A stretch of 42,550 bases of DNA, from positions 1 through 42,550 of IMG/VR virus record IMGVR_UViG_3300033509_000070. The stretch is one strand, 5' to 3'. Under the pieces are notes generated by a model, which was not told where the DNA came from, ran no database searches, and saw nothing but the letters and a program-made list of their open reading frames with translations. This DNA comes from a virus (Duplodnaviria > Caudoviricetes). The position numbers and the translations under genes are program-made. This document shows positions 7,541 through 15,331 of this stretch, piece after piece. How positions within the stretch are numbered: the stretch's first letter is position 1; the number at the start of each line of letters is the position of its first letter.

Positions 7541-7818
7541 ACAATTCTTAATACGCCCCCTCTTCTTTATATTGCTTAATGATTGAGAGTGGTACCGAGG
7601 GGCTTAGATAATATATAAATTGAGTAAAATAAATGAATTATACATAATATATAAAATCACGAGAATAAATAGGCTATACATAAGTTACGAACATATAACT
7701 TACGCCCTATAAAAAGTATACCTATACCCCCCAATAAAGGTTTAACATATATTATAGCATACATTAAGTTAGTTAATTGTTACTATAACAAACTGCGCGT
7801 TGCCGTTTGAATTAACTA

Positions 7819-8013
7819 TTAACCCTTTACTAATCTACAAAATGCAGTTACAAATTTAATAGATATAATTTCTTTTTTATAGAATCCTATGCCCATGTAT
7901 TTATCTAACACTTCATTTAAATTTTCTGGCTTGTCTATTAATGTTACATATTCTGTATCACTACAAGTTATAATTTCGTATAGATATGTATTTTTATATT
8001 CTGTTTTATTCAT
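7819..8013 (-). CDS. Hypothetical protein
   Basis: 64 aa; GAAAGGA RBS. Confidence 0.7.
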   Translation of the reverse strand: MNKTEYKNTYLYEIITCSDTEYVTLIDKPENLNEVLDKYMGIGFYKKEIISIKFVTAFCRLVKG

Positions 8014-8057
8014 AATTCTATTCCTTTCTCTTTCAATAAAATCTTAGCTGTTTCATA

Positions 8058-8438
8058 CTAATACTCCCATTCTGTTTGTTGTGCTTGTTGTTGTATGTTT
8101 TTATGCCATTTCATAATTTGAGGAGGTGCTAAATATCTAAATTCGTTAGTCAATTCTTCAATAAAAGCATCTATAAAATTAAGTGGTTGATATTCAAAAA
8201 TATATTTATATTTGCAAGCTAAAGAATTTACGTCAGCAGGATAGGGGTTTAATATTAACAACTTCACAAAATTACTTGGCTTTGTTAGGTCTGGATATAA
8301 TAATCCAGACTTAGAGCAATGATTTATACACATAGCTCTACCCTCTTTATCAACTACCTTTGAACCTACACATTGTAGCTTACAGGTTATTTTTGGCTTT
8401 ATCCCTAATAACTTACAAAGTTCTTCTGATTTATTCAC
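8058..8438 (-). CDS. Hypothetical protein (Cys-containing)
   Basis: 126 aa; GTG start after GAAAGGA. Confidence 0.75.
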   Translation of the reverse strand: MNKSEELCKLLGIKPKITCKLQCVGSKVVDKEGRAMCINHCSKSGLLYPDLTKPSNFVKLLILNPYPADVNSLACKYKYIFEYQPLNFIDAFIEELTNEFRYLAPPQIMKWHKNIQQQAQQTEWEY

Positions 8439-8440
8439 TG

Positions 8441-8581
8441 TTACAATCCTTTCAATTGGTTTATATAATTTCTAACTTGAGTTATAAAACTACCTTTTAT
8501 ATTTTTTATAGCAGGAAGTTTGGATAATTTCTCTTTATTTTCTTCTGAAAAATCTATTACTTTTATATCTTTTATTTCCAT
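8441..8581 (-). CDS. 46-aa hypothetical protein (not in ORF track)
   Basis: MEIKDIKVIDFSEENKEKLSKLPA...; GAGGAG RBS. Confidence 0.6.
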   Translation of the reverse strand: MEIKDIKVIDFSEENKEKLSKLPAIKNIKGSFITQVRNYINQLKGL

Positions 8582-8744
8582 CTCTCCTCGCTTTCTTTAT
8601 AAGTTAATGCAAATCTAAGGTAGTTATCATCTTCTGACATAGCCGTATCAACTATTATTATGTTTCTATTGTGTTCTAAAAAAAGTTTACATCTTGCTCT
8701 AATGTATCTGAGCTAAATTGTGTAAATAACTTTACTTTATTCAT
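8572..8744 (-). pseudogene. About 57-aa gene interrupted at a T7 run (frameshifted or recoded)
   Basis: ATG overlaps the upstream TGA, with an AAGGAG RBS. It reads MNKVKLFTQFSSDTLEQDVNFF-TAG, and the -1 frame continues LEHNRNIIIVD...ERWK to 8572. Confidence 0.55.
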
Positions 8745-9046
8745 AAACTATAATCTCCTTCATAACTTGGTCTCAATATCTTTTTATAGCCCCTTGCTAA
8801 CATCATTCTTTTATAAGTTTCTGGCGAGCTATATCTAACTATATCACAACTAAACCTATCTACTTGATATAATTTTAATAATTGTTCTGCGCTAATAAAA
8901 TGCCTATCTCTATCATTTTTAGATATAACATAATCTTCAACTATTAAATATCTTCTACTATAAAAAGATTCTATTGAATCTGTATTGTATGTTGGTCGAA
9001 ACTTATCGTACAGTTTGATTAATAAATTTTTAATAAATTTAATCAT
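8741..9046 (-). CDS. Hypothetical protein
   Basis: Within ORF 8741..9070. Motif VISKNDRDRHFISAEQLLKLYQV. ATG 9046 overlaps the upstream gene end. Confidence 0.7.
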   Translation of the reverse strand: MIKFIKNLLIKLYDKFRPTYNTDSIESFYSRRYLIVEDYVISKNDRDRHFISAEQLLKLYQVDRFSCDIVRYSSPETYKRMMLARGYKKILRPSYEGDYSL

Positions 9047-9248
9047 TTTCTCGTAAATCCTCAACACCATGCATAGATACGTTAGTTAAATAATTAACAA
9101 TCTTATTAAATATTTCCAAGCATTCTTCTTTAGTATCAAATACTATTGGTTGCATATTTACTATTAAATTTAAACCATCTTCTGTAATGCCTAATGTAGT
9201 TATGTTTGGCATATTAATGTAAACATTTGTTTTAGTTATTAAAATCAT
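9039..9248 (-). CDS. Hypothetical protein
   Basis: 69 aa; AAGGA RBS. Confidence 0.75.
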   Translation of the reverse strand: MILITKTNVYINMPNITTLGITEDGLNLIVNMQPIVFDTKEECLEIFNKIVNYLTNVSMHGVEDLREND

Positions 9249-9250
9249 TT

Positions 9251-9445
9251 TTAATCCTTATCTTTATCTAGTACTGTCGGTAGCCATATAATAGCTATGA
9301 GTAAAAGAAATATGATATATGTAGCTCTATTGAAGTAAGTCATATTCTCTTTATTTATGTACGAATAATATGTAGCATATATTAATCCAATAAACATATA
9401 TATTATTACTATTATACTAAATATTACTTTGATTTCTTCTATCAT
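9251..9445 (-). CDS. Two-TM membrane protein
   Basis: 64 aa, two hydrophobic stretches; AAAGGA RBS. Confidence 0.75.
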   Translation of the reverse strand: MIEEIKVIFSIIVIIYMFIGLIYATYYSYINKENMTYFNRATYIIFLLLIAIIWLPTVLDKDKD

Positions 9446-9483
9446 ATTTAAGTCCTTTATTAAACTGTTAAGTTTATACTATA

Positions 9484-9511
9484 ATTATACATATTTATAA
9501 TTATTTGTCAA
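9484..9511 (-). promoter_or_regulatory. sigma70 promoter
   Basis: TTGACA (9511-9506), 16-nt spacer, TATAAT (9489-9484). Confidence 0.7.
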
Positions 9512-9513
9512 TA

Positions 9514-9672
9514 CTAACATTCATATACTTTAATGGTACCTAAAAATGGCGCTATGGGAAAACTAGGTACTGTTTTATATAAATCGTTAATTACTTTATC
9601 TTTTGCATTACTTTTATCTACAGCCTTTACATGCTGTGAATAACCCATAAAACTTACTCTAAATACTTTCAT
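9514..9672 (-). CDS. 52-aa hypothetical protein (not in ORF track)
   Basis: MKVFRVSFMGYSQHVKAVDKSNAK...; fills the gap and overlaps the upstream gene end. Confidence 0.6.
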   Translation of the reverse strand: MKVFRVSFMGYSQHVKAVDKSNAKDKVINDLYKTVPSFPIAPFLGTIKVYEC

Positions 9673-9880
9673 TTTTCTCTAAAATTCCTTTATTTTCTTT
9701 AATAATGTACTTAAATATCTCATTTATAGCCTTTTCTTGGCTTAAATACCTACTTTTTCTCCAATTTTCGAATAATTCATAGGTTTCTGGGTCCAATCTA
9801 AGTTTTTGAGCTATTAATCTATCTTTTTTACGATTTCTACCAAACTTCTTCCAATCTTTATTTAAATTGTTCTTTTTCAA
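9659..9880 (-). CDS. Small basic protein, possibly ribbon-helix-helix DNA binder
   Basis: QKLRLDPETYELFENWRKSRYLSQEKAINEIF fits a beta-alpha-alpha pattern. TTG start after AGGAG. Confidence 0.55.
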   Translation of the reverse strand: MKKNNLNKDWKKFGRNRKKDRLIAQKLRLDPETYELFENWRKSRYLSQEKAINEIFKYIIKENKGILEKNESI

Positions 9881-9920
9881 TATTATATCTCCTATTTAAA
9901 ATTATTATATCATATATAAT

Positions 9921-9947
9921 AAAAAAAGCAAGTCTTTCAACTTGCTT
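9921..9947 (-). terminator. Intrinsic terminator overlapping the -35 (TTGCTT) of the next promoter
   Basis: Minus strand AAGCAAGT-tgaaag-ACTTGCTT followed by a T run; TATAAT at 9909-9904. Confidence 0.7.
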
Positions 9948-9997
9948 AAATACTTTATAATGTGTTTTATCTAACTTTATATCCACTATAATGGGTT

Positions 9998-10486
9998 TTA
10001 ATCCCACCAAGAGCGAGAATATTTATTTATCATAAACCAAATTCTATCCCAATGGTATTGTTCTAGTTCATAGTTATCTTTAATAAACTTTCTATATAGT
10101 TTTTCTTTCGGATGATTATTATCCCTATTTCTAAAGTCTAATAACCAATCTTCATATCCTTCTGGTTCGCTTCTAAACGAATCTAAATCTCTATATCGAT
10201 AGATATGACCTAAAGTTATATCAATACGCCTTAAATCACGTTTGTAAAATACGTGGTTTTGATATTTCAGTATTACTGACCTAACTAATTTTAGTTTAGC
10301 CTCTAAATATTCTAAAGAGCCAACTTCAAAATCATAATCCATATCATTAAAAATAATTGGAAGTAATACTTTACATCTTTTTATTTTGTATGGTAGATTT
10401 TTAAAAAAATAATATATGTTTACTATTTTCCAATTTGGATTAACTATATCATATAGCCAATCAGATATTTTTTCTTTTATTTTCAT
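9998..10486 (-). CDS. Conserved phage hypothetical protein (C-terminal WWD)
   Basis: 162 aa; DMDYDF motif and terminal SWWD. Confidence 0.8.
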   Translation of the reverse strand: MKIKEKISDWLYDIVNPNWKIVNIYYFFKNLPYKIKRCKVLLPIIFNDMDYDFEVGSLEYLEAKLKLVRSVILKYQNHVFYKRDLRRIDITLGHIYRYRDLDSFRSEPEGYEDWLLDFRNRDNNHPKEKLYRKFIKDNYELEQYHWDRIWFMINKYSRSWWD

Positions 10487-10916
10487 TTTTATTTTTCCTA
10501 ACTTTATTTAGCCAACTACTTATAGGAACAGTAGCTACTGGTATAGCATATCTAGTTACTAATGTAGTTATAATTAGCGGTGTCATTATTCTAGTTCCCT
10601 TAATTATATTATCTATATTAGGCAGTTTTCTAGTTTTTAATTCATTACATAAATTTTCTTTATGTCTATTAATTAAGTTGTCTAAATATTTACTAATGGA
10701 TATCCCAGCTATAGTGCCTATTATTGTTTGAAACATTAAGCTAGGTTTTCTTTCTTTAGGTATATTATTTTGTAAATATATAGCTCCACAATATACTGTT
10801 CCAGCAAATAGAGATTCTATAAGTGGAAGATTTCTATCTATCTTTAAAGAGAATGCTTTATTTTCTGTTTTTTTTACAAATCTTTGGACAGATTTATTCA
10901 ATGCTATTATCTTCAC
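10461..10916 (-). CDS. Membrane protein, host-like (C-terminal half of a pair)
   Basis: Hydrophobic helices; motifs IPKERKPSL and TRYAIPVATVPISSWL; GTGA overlap with the upstream gene. Confidence 0.75.
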   Translation of the reverse strand: MKIIALNKSVQRFVKKTENKAFSLKIDRNLPLIESLFAGTVYCGAIYLQNNIPKERKPSLMFQTIIGTIAGISISKYLDNLINRHKENLCNELKTRKLPNIDNIIKGTRIMTPLIITTLVTRYAIPVATVPISSWLNKVRKNKNENKRKNI

Positions 10917-11389
10917 TTATCTTTCCTCGATTTAATTCTATCAGCTATTGGCTTTACTGCTACAAACTTTAAAAATGCAAATAATGGGAGTAAAGATATT
11001 TTTATAAACCTATTCGATAAAGATTTATAAGAATCGCAAATTTTATTATTTTGATAATAAATACTATTTTTACTATCCTTTAATTTATTTGAAACTTTAT
11101 CTAAATATTTATTTAAAGGTATAAATATTGCAAATGCAGATACCAAATCTACTAATCCAGTAGCTATAGAATGAGAGCAAGCATATACTTTATCTTTTTT
11201 ACTTTCGCTATCTTTAGATGGAGTTAGTAGTATTGTAGATGGTCTTATAGCTATGGCTATTCCAGCTACGAATAAGCTATTAAATAATGCAGGATTAGAG
11301 TCTGCACTTTTAATTATTGATTGTATATTTTTTGATTTTTCTATTTTGTTTGCTATCTTAGTATAGATATTTATTTGTTTAATATTCAA
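10913..11389 (-). CDS. Membrane protein, host-like (N-terminal half of a pair)
   Basis: Motifs NPALF and IRPSTILLTP...KKDKVYACSHSIATG. TTG 11389 follows GGAG (the track starts at 11401). Confidence 0.75.
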   Translation of the reverse strand: MNIKQINIYTKIANKIEKSKNIQSIIKSADSNPALFNSLFVAGIAIAIRPSTILLTPSKDSESKKDKVYACSHSIATGLVDLVSAFAIFIPLNKYLDKVSNKLKDSKNSIYYQNNKICDSYKSLSNRFIKISLLPLFAFLKFVAVKPIADRIKSRKDK

Positions 11390-11757
11390 TCTACACTCCA
11401 AAATTTCGGGTCTTGTCTATAAATATTTATAGCCATATTTAGTCTAGCATAATCTTCGTTAAAGATAATTTCTTCATAAATTGTTTGTTCTTTTAAGTAC
11501 TCTTCTAGTTCATTAAATTCTTTTTTATTTAATGTTAAATAAATTGGAGAAAGATAATCTAATGAGCGCAAATATTTTTCACTATTTAGATAGTTTTCTA
11601 ATTTAGAATTTATAGATTCTATAGATGCTATTTCATATAAATAAATTTTTCTACTACTTAAAAAAGATGGGTAATCGATAGATATAGACATCACTGTTAG
11701 CTCAGTAGTTTGAGAATTTAATTCTTCATATTCGATTTGAATTTTTCTTATCGTCAT
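11386..11757 (-). CDS. Hypothetical protein
   Basis: 123 aa; GGAG RBS. Confidence 0.7.
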   Translation of the reverse strand: MTIRKIQIEYEELNSQTTELTVMSISIDYPSFLSSRKIYLYEIASIESINSKLENYLNSEKYLRSLDYLSPIYLTLNKKEFNELEEYLKEQTIYEEIIFNEDYARLNMAINIYRQDPKFWSVD

Positions 11758-12055
11758 TTATTTTTCTCCATCTAAACTCTCTAATTTTTTGCAATATTAT
11801 TTGTTTATTTTCATTATCTATATTTGAAAAATATTTATCTCTTACTTCTTTACTTATCTTTATTTCATAGACTTTTATGTCTCTATTATTTTGAAAATAT
11901 TTTTTACATTGCTCACAAAGTATTACTAAATTGTTTTCTGAATTTCCCTTTTTTGGATTTATTCTATGTCCATGCTTTTCTTTTATATTTTTAAATTTTT
12001 TACCACAGATAAAGCAAAAATTAATATTATTTTTTATTCGATTCTTTCTTTTCAT
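11726..12055 (-). CDS. HNH endonuclease-like protein
   Basis: CFICG...HGHRINP...NSENNLVILCEQC. Confidence 0.7.
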   Translation of the reverse strand: MKRKNRIKNNINFCFICGKKFKNIKEKHGHRINPKKGNSENNLVILCEQCKKYFQNNRDIKVYEIKISKEVRDKYFSNIDNENKQIILQKIREFRWRKINDDKKNSNRI

Positions 12056-12365
12056 TCAAATAGTCTTTCGTTTCCTTAAAAAATACTGCCTTAAATCTTA
12101 AATGTGCTGGCATATGAAACATCTTACTTTCTATGCCTAGAACCTTACAGGGTCTTGACCTAACCATTCTATCTTTAGCTGTTCTAAATCCAAAACTCAT
12201 AAAATTTTCAAATACTATTTGTTTTTTTGTTAATAAGATTTCTTTAAATACTTTTGGTAAAGCCTTAAGTACTCTTAATAAATTCTTTTTAGATATATTT
12301 TTATTATACTGTATAGTATCTACTAAATCTATTATTTTTATTTCTTTATATTCTTTATTCTCCAC
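12027..12365 (-). CDS. HU/IHF family DNA-binding protein
   Basis: IVFENFMSFGFRTAKDRMVR...MPAHLRFKAVFFKETKDYLN matches the HU beta-arm pattern. Confidence 0.75.
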   Translation of the reverse strand: MENKEYKEIKIIDLVDTIQYNKNISKKNLLRVLKALPKVFKEILLTKKQIVFENFMSFGFRTAKDRMVRSRPCKVLGIESKMFHMPAHLRFKAVFFKETKDYLNEKKESNKK

Positions 12366-13071
12366 TATTTGACCTTTTAATTTTAAGTAATATCAATAAT
12401 CTTTCTGTTTTTGCTTTATAATAATTGATTATGGCTTCATTATCTTCATTTATTCTGTTAAATAATTTATTATCAAAAGACTTACATAGCTTTACTTTTG
12501 GCTTTAATCTATTTAGATATATTTTATTCTCAATTTTAGGTAAATTAGATACAAAATCCATTTTGTCGCACCATATTCTAAATAATGTTCCAAATTTTAT
12601 TCTATATCCTTGCTTTATATTATCGATTATACTGTATAATATCAATAAAGTCAAGTATCTCAACTCTTCTTTTTTTATTATATCTTTGCTATCTACATTT
12701 AAATTAACTTCTTTAGATAAGATATCCAAAAACTCTTCTGAAATATGTATTGGTAATTTTTGATATTTTTTTAAAGCTTTATAATGTAAAACTTTTTTAG
12801 ATAATTCTCTTTCTGCATTTACTGCTTTATCAAATTTACCACTATTTAATACATTATTTATTCTATTAGTTATTTCATCTTCTATAATTGGTAAATATGA
12901 ATTATAAATATCTTTTCTCAATTTAATTAAATCATTGGAGCAATTTTCTTTATCAAGATATATTTTTTTCTCTAATGCTTGATTATTTGCTATTTTTTTA
13001 TACTTTTTAACAACAGAAGATTTAATCATCTTTAAATATTTTTGATATATTTTATTTTCAAACTTATCCAT
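12355..13071 (-). CDS. Basic protein with possible C-terminal HU/IHF-like domain
   Basis: IIDNIKQGYRIKFGTLFRIW...RLKPKVKLCKSFDNKL; AAGGA RBS. Confidence 0.55.
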   Translation of the reverse strand: MDKFENKIYQKYLKMIKSSVVKKYKKIANNQALEKKIYLDKENCSNDLIKLRKDIYNSYLPIIEDEITNRINNVLNSGKFDKAVNAERELSKKVLHYKALKKYQKLPIHISEEFLDILSKEVNLNVDSKDIIKKEELRYLTLLILYSIIDNIKQGYRIKFGTLFRIWCDKMDFVSNLPKIENKIYLNRLKPKVKLCKSFDNKLFNRINEDNEAIINYYKAKTERLLILLKIKRSNSGE

Positions 13072-13099
13072 ATTTTCCTTAAAGATATTTTTAGTTTAC

Positions 13100-13134
13100 A
13101 AAATAATTATAGTATAATTTAAAAAAATTAACAA
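13100..13134 (-). promoter_or_regulatory. Leftward promoter (ACTATAATTATT class)
   Basis: TTGTTA, 17-nt spacer, TATAAT followed by TATTTT. Confidence 0.65.
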
Positions 13135-13180
13135 CTATTGTAAAATTTTAGTATCTCGTGTATTATAAAAAAGAGATACT

Positions 13181-13384
13181 TAAGTTATATACATATAAGT
13201 TATATTAATATAAGTTATTATATTACTTAATAATATTATTTATTATTTTATTTATTATATCTTACTTATTGTATAAATAAGTTATATTATAGTAACTTAT
13301 TTATATTACTTATTTATTCTTTTATATCTTACTTATTGTATAAATAAGTTATATTAAAGTAAGTTATATTATAATAAGTTATAT
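13181..13384. repeat. Iteron-like TAAGTTATAT array with a 35-bp exact direct repeat
   Basis: TAAGTTATAT at 13181, 13196, 13278, 13345, 13360, 13375 (variant at 13211); 13255-13289 equals 13322-13356. Confidence 0.85.
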
Positions 13385-13423
13385 AGTCTCAGAGTTTTTT
13401 GTAAAATATGTTTTTTATAAGTG

Positions 13424-13460
13424 TTGTAAATTTTTTATTATATTACTATAATTATTTTAG
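13424..13460 (+). promoter_or_regulatory. Rightward (late) promoter for the terL operon
   Basis: TTGTAA 13424-29, 17-nt spacer, TATAAT within ACTATAATTATTTTAG. Confidence 0.7.
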
Positions 13461-13490
13461 AAGGATAAATAGATATTTTTATCAAACAAT

Positions 13491-13589
13491 AATCATCCTT
13501 AAAGTGTGTTTTTTGTACCGAGAATAAGTTTTTAATAAGTTTTCGGTACTTTTATTTTATTTAAGATGATTTCAAGATACACTTTAGGA
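13491..13589 (+). promoter_or_regulatory. Structured 5' leader of terL able to occlude its RBS
   Basis: Three complementary segment pairs; see findings. Confidence 0.55.
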
Positions 13590-13593
13590 CTAT

Positions 13594-15327
13594 ATGGCAG
13601 ATTTAAGCAATAAAAAACTTATAGAATTAGCTTCAAAAAAAGATTATTGGAAAACTCATCCAGAAGATTTTATGAATGAGATGTTAGATTTTCAATTAGC
13701 TATTCACCAAAAAAAAATACTAAGAGATATCATTAAATACAATAGAGTATCCATAGTATCTGCAAATGGTATTGGTAAAAGTAAATTATTAGCAGCAGTT
13801 ATAGTCTGGTTCTTCTTTTGTTATTTAGAAAATGACCAAAAGAAAAATACTATTGTACTATTTACAGCTCCAAACTTTGACCAAGTTATGAAAAGTATCT
13901 ATGGTCCAGTAAAAGAATTTATATTAACAGCAGATAATAAATTAAAAAAAGATTTTAATGATGATTCATTATCTCTTTTTGGAAAAATATCTGAAGATAA
14001 AAATAGAGCAGAGGTTGCTTATGGTAATGTTAGCTATATAGCTGGTGTTACTGCATCTGGAGAAAATAAGGTAGTAGGTAAGCATGGAACTTATGTTTTG
14101 GTTATCTATGATGAAGCTCAAGGTATAGATGATTCTATATTCTCAGATTTTAAAGGGATAACAAAGTCTGGAAAAGTAGTAAAGCAGATAATGATTGGCA
14201 ACTCTACTATACCAGAAAAACAAGGTAATTTTGGTAAATTTTATAATAGTTTCCAAGATAACTCAATATTTAAAACTAATAAAATATCCTGTTTCGATAC
14301 TCAAACTTTTTTAGAGTTAGGAATAAAACTAAATGATTATCTAGTAGATGAAAATAATGAAAGTTATTGGAGAAATAAACTAGATAGATATGCTACAAAA
14401 TTTCATAATAGAAAAATAAATTATTTTGAATATAAAAAAACCGATGACCTAGCTAAATGGGAAGAAGATGTAAAAGATTCTTTGGAACCTTGGAGCCAAT
14501 GGTTAATTAATCCAATAGCTGTATATGATGAATTAGTTGATTGTGGATTTAATCCAAAATCATATGAATTTTTAACTAGATGTTTAGCTGAGTTTCCAGA
14601 AAATGTTGCTCGCTCTCTAATACCTATGAATTGGGTTAATAACTCTATGAATAACTATAATAATGATGACCTTTGGTTAAAAGGTGAGATTGTTATGGGA
14701 GTTGACGTAGGTGGCGGTTCTGGGGCTGATGATTCAGCTATTGCAATAAGAAATGGTAATAAATTAATTTATTGCGAAAAGTTTAATTTAGAAATATTTG
14801 AATTAATTGATAAAATATCTGAATTATTTAGTGAATATAATGTAGATAGAATACAAATAGAATGTGATGGTATCGGTAAAGATAAATACATTTTATTAGA
14901 AAAAACTGGTCTTCCAGTTGTAGGAATACAATCTGGTGGAAGTGCTGGGTCTCAAGATGCTGAGTTATTATTTGACAAAAAAGCAAATGATGAAATAAAA
15001 GCTGAATTTAATAGAAAAAGAGATGAGGTATGGTGGAATTTAAGAAATTGCTTAAATCCATTAAGAACACAAATATCTGGTCAACCTCCAATACTTATTC
15101 CAAATGATAGAGATTTATTAAAAGAATTACCAGCTATAACATATGATGATTCAAATAAAAAGAAAAAAATAATATCTAAGGATGAACTAAGGAAAATATT
15201 AAAGGGTTCCCCAAACAAAGCAGATTCAGTTGTTTTTGCATTTGCAGATTGCGGAGAAACATTTATATCTAAATATAGCTTTGGTGCATTTAATATAGCA
15301 TCTAATATTGATAGGAATATGTATTAA
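13594..15327 (+). CDS. terL: Terminase large subunit
   Basis: Walker A SANGIGKS, Walker B VIYDEAQG, motif III IGNS, nuclease GVDVG and SPNKADS. Confidence 0.95.
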   Translation: MADLSNKKLIELASKKDYWKTHPEDFMNEMLDFQLAIHQKKILRDIIKYNRVSIVSANGIGKSKLLAAVIVWFFFCYLENDQKKNTIVLFTAPNFDQVMKSIYGPVKEFILTADNKLKKDFNDDSLSLFGKISEDKNRAEVAYGNVSYIAGVTASGENKVVGKHGTYVLVIYDEAQGIDDSIFSDFKGITKSGKVVKQIMIGNSTIPEKQGNFGKFYNSFQDNSIFKTNKISCFDTQTFLELGIKLNDYLVDENNESYWRNKLDRYATKFHNRKINYFEYKKTDDLAKWEEDVKDSLEPWSQWLINPIAVYDELVDCGFNPKSYEFLTRCLAEFPENVARSLIPMNWVNNSMNNYNNDDLWLKGEIVMGVDVGGGSGADDSAIAIRNGNKLIYCEKFNLEIFELIDKISELFSEYNVDRIQIECDGIGKDKYILLEKTGLPVVGIQSGGSAGSQDAELLFDKKANDEIKAEFNRKRDEVWWNLRNCLNPLRTQISGQPPILIPNDRDLLKELPAITYDDSNKKKKIISKDELRKILKGSPNKADSVVFAFADCGETFISKYSFGAFNIASNIDRNMY

Positions 15328-15331
15328 TTAA

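Noticed and set aside
5698-7818. tRNA genes or att sites in the long intergenic gaps
   Set aside because: No cloverleaf or GTTCRA T-loop was seen, and no integrase is present in the window.
13181-13384. Possible mini-CRISPR array (35-bp repeat, 32-bp gap)
   Set aside because: The dimensions are CRISPR-like, but there are only two copies, the spacer is built from the same low-complexity motifs (TAACTTAT, TTACTTATT), and no cas genes are present. An iteron-like reading fits better.
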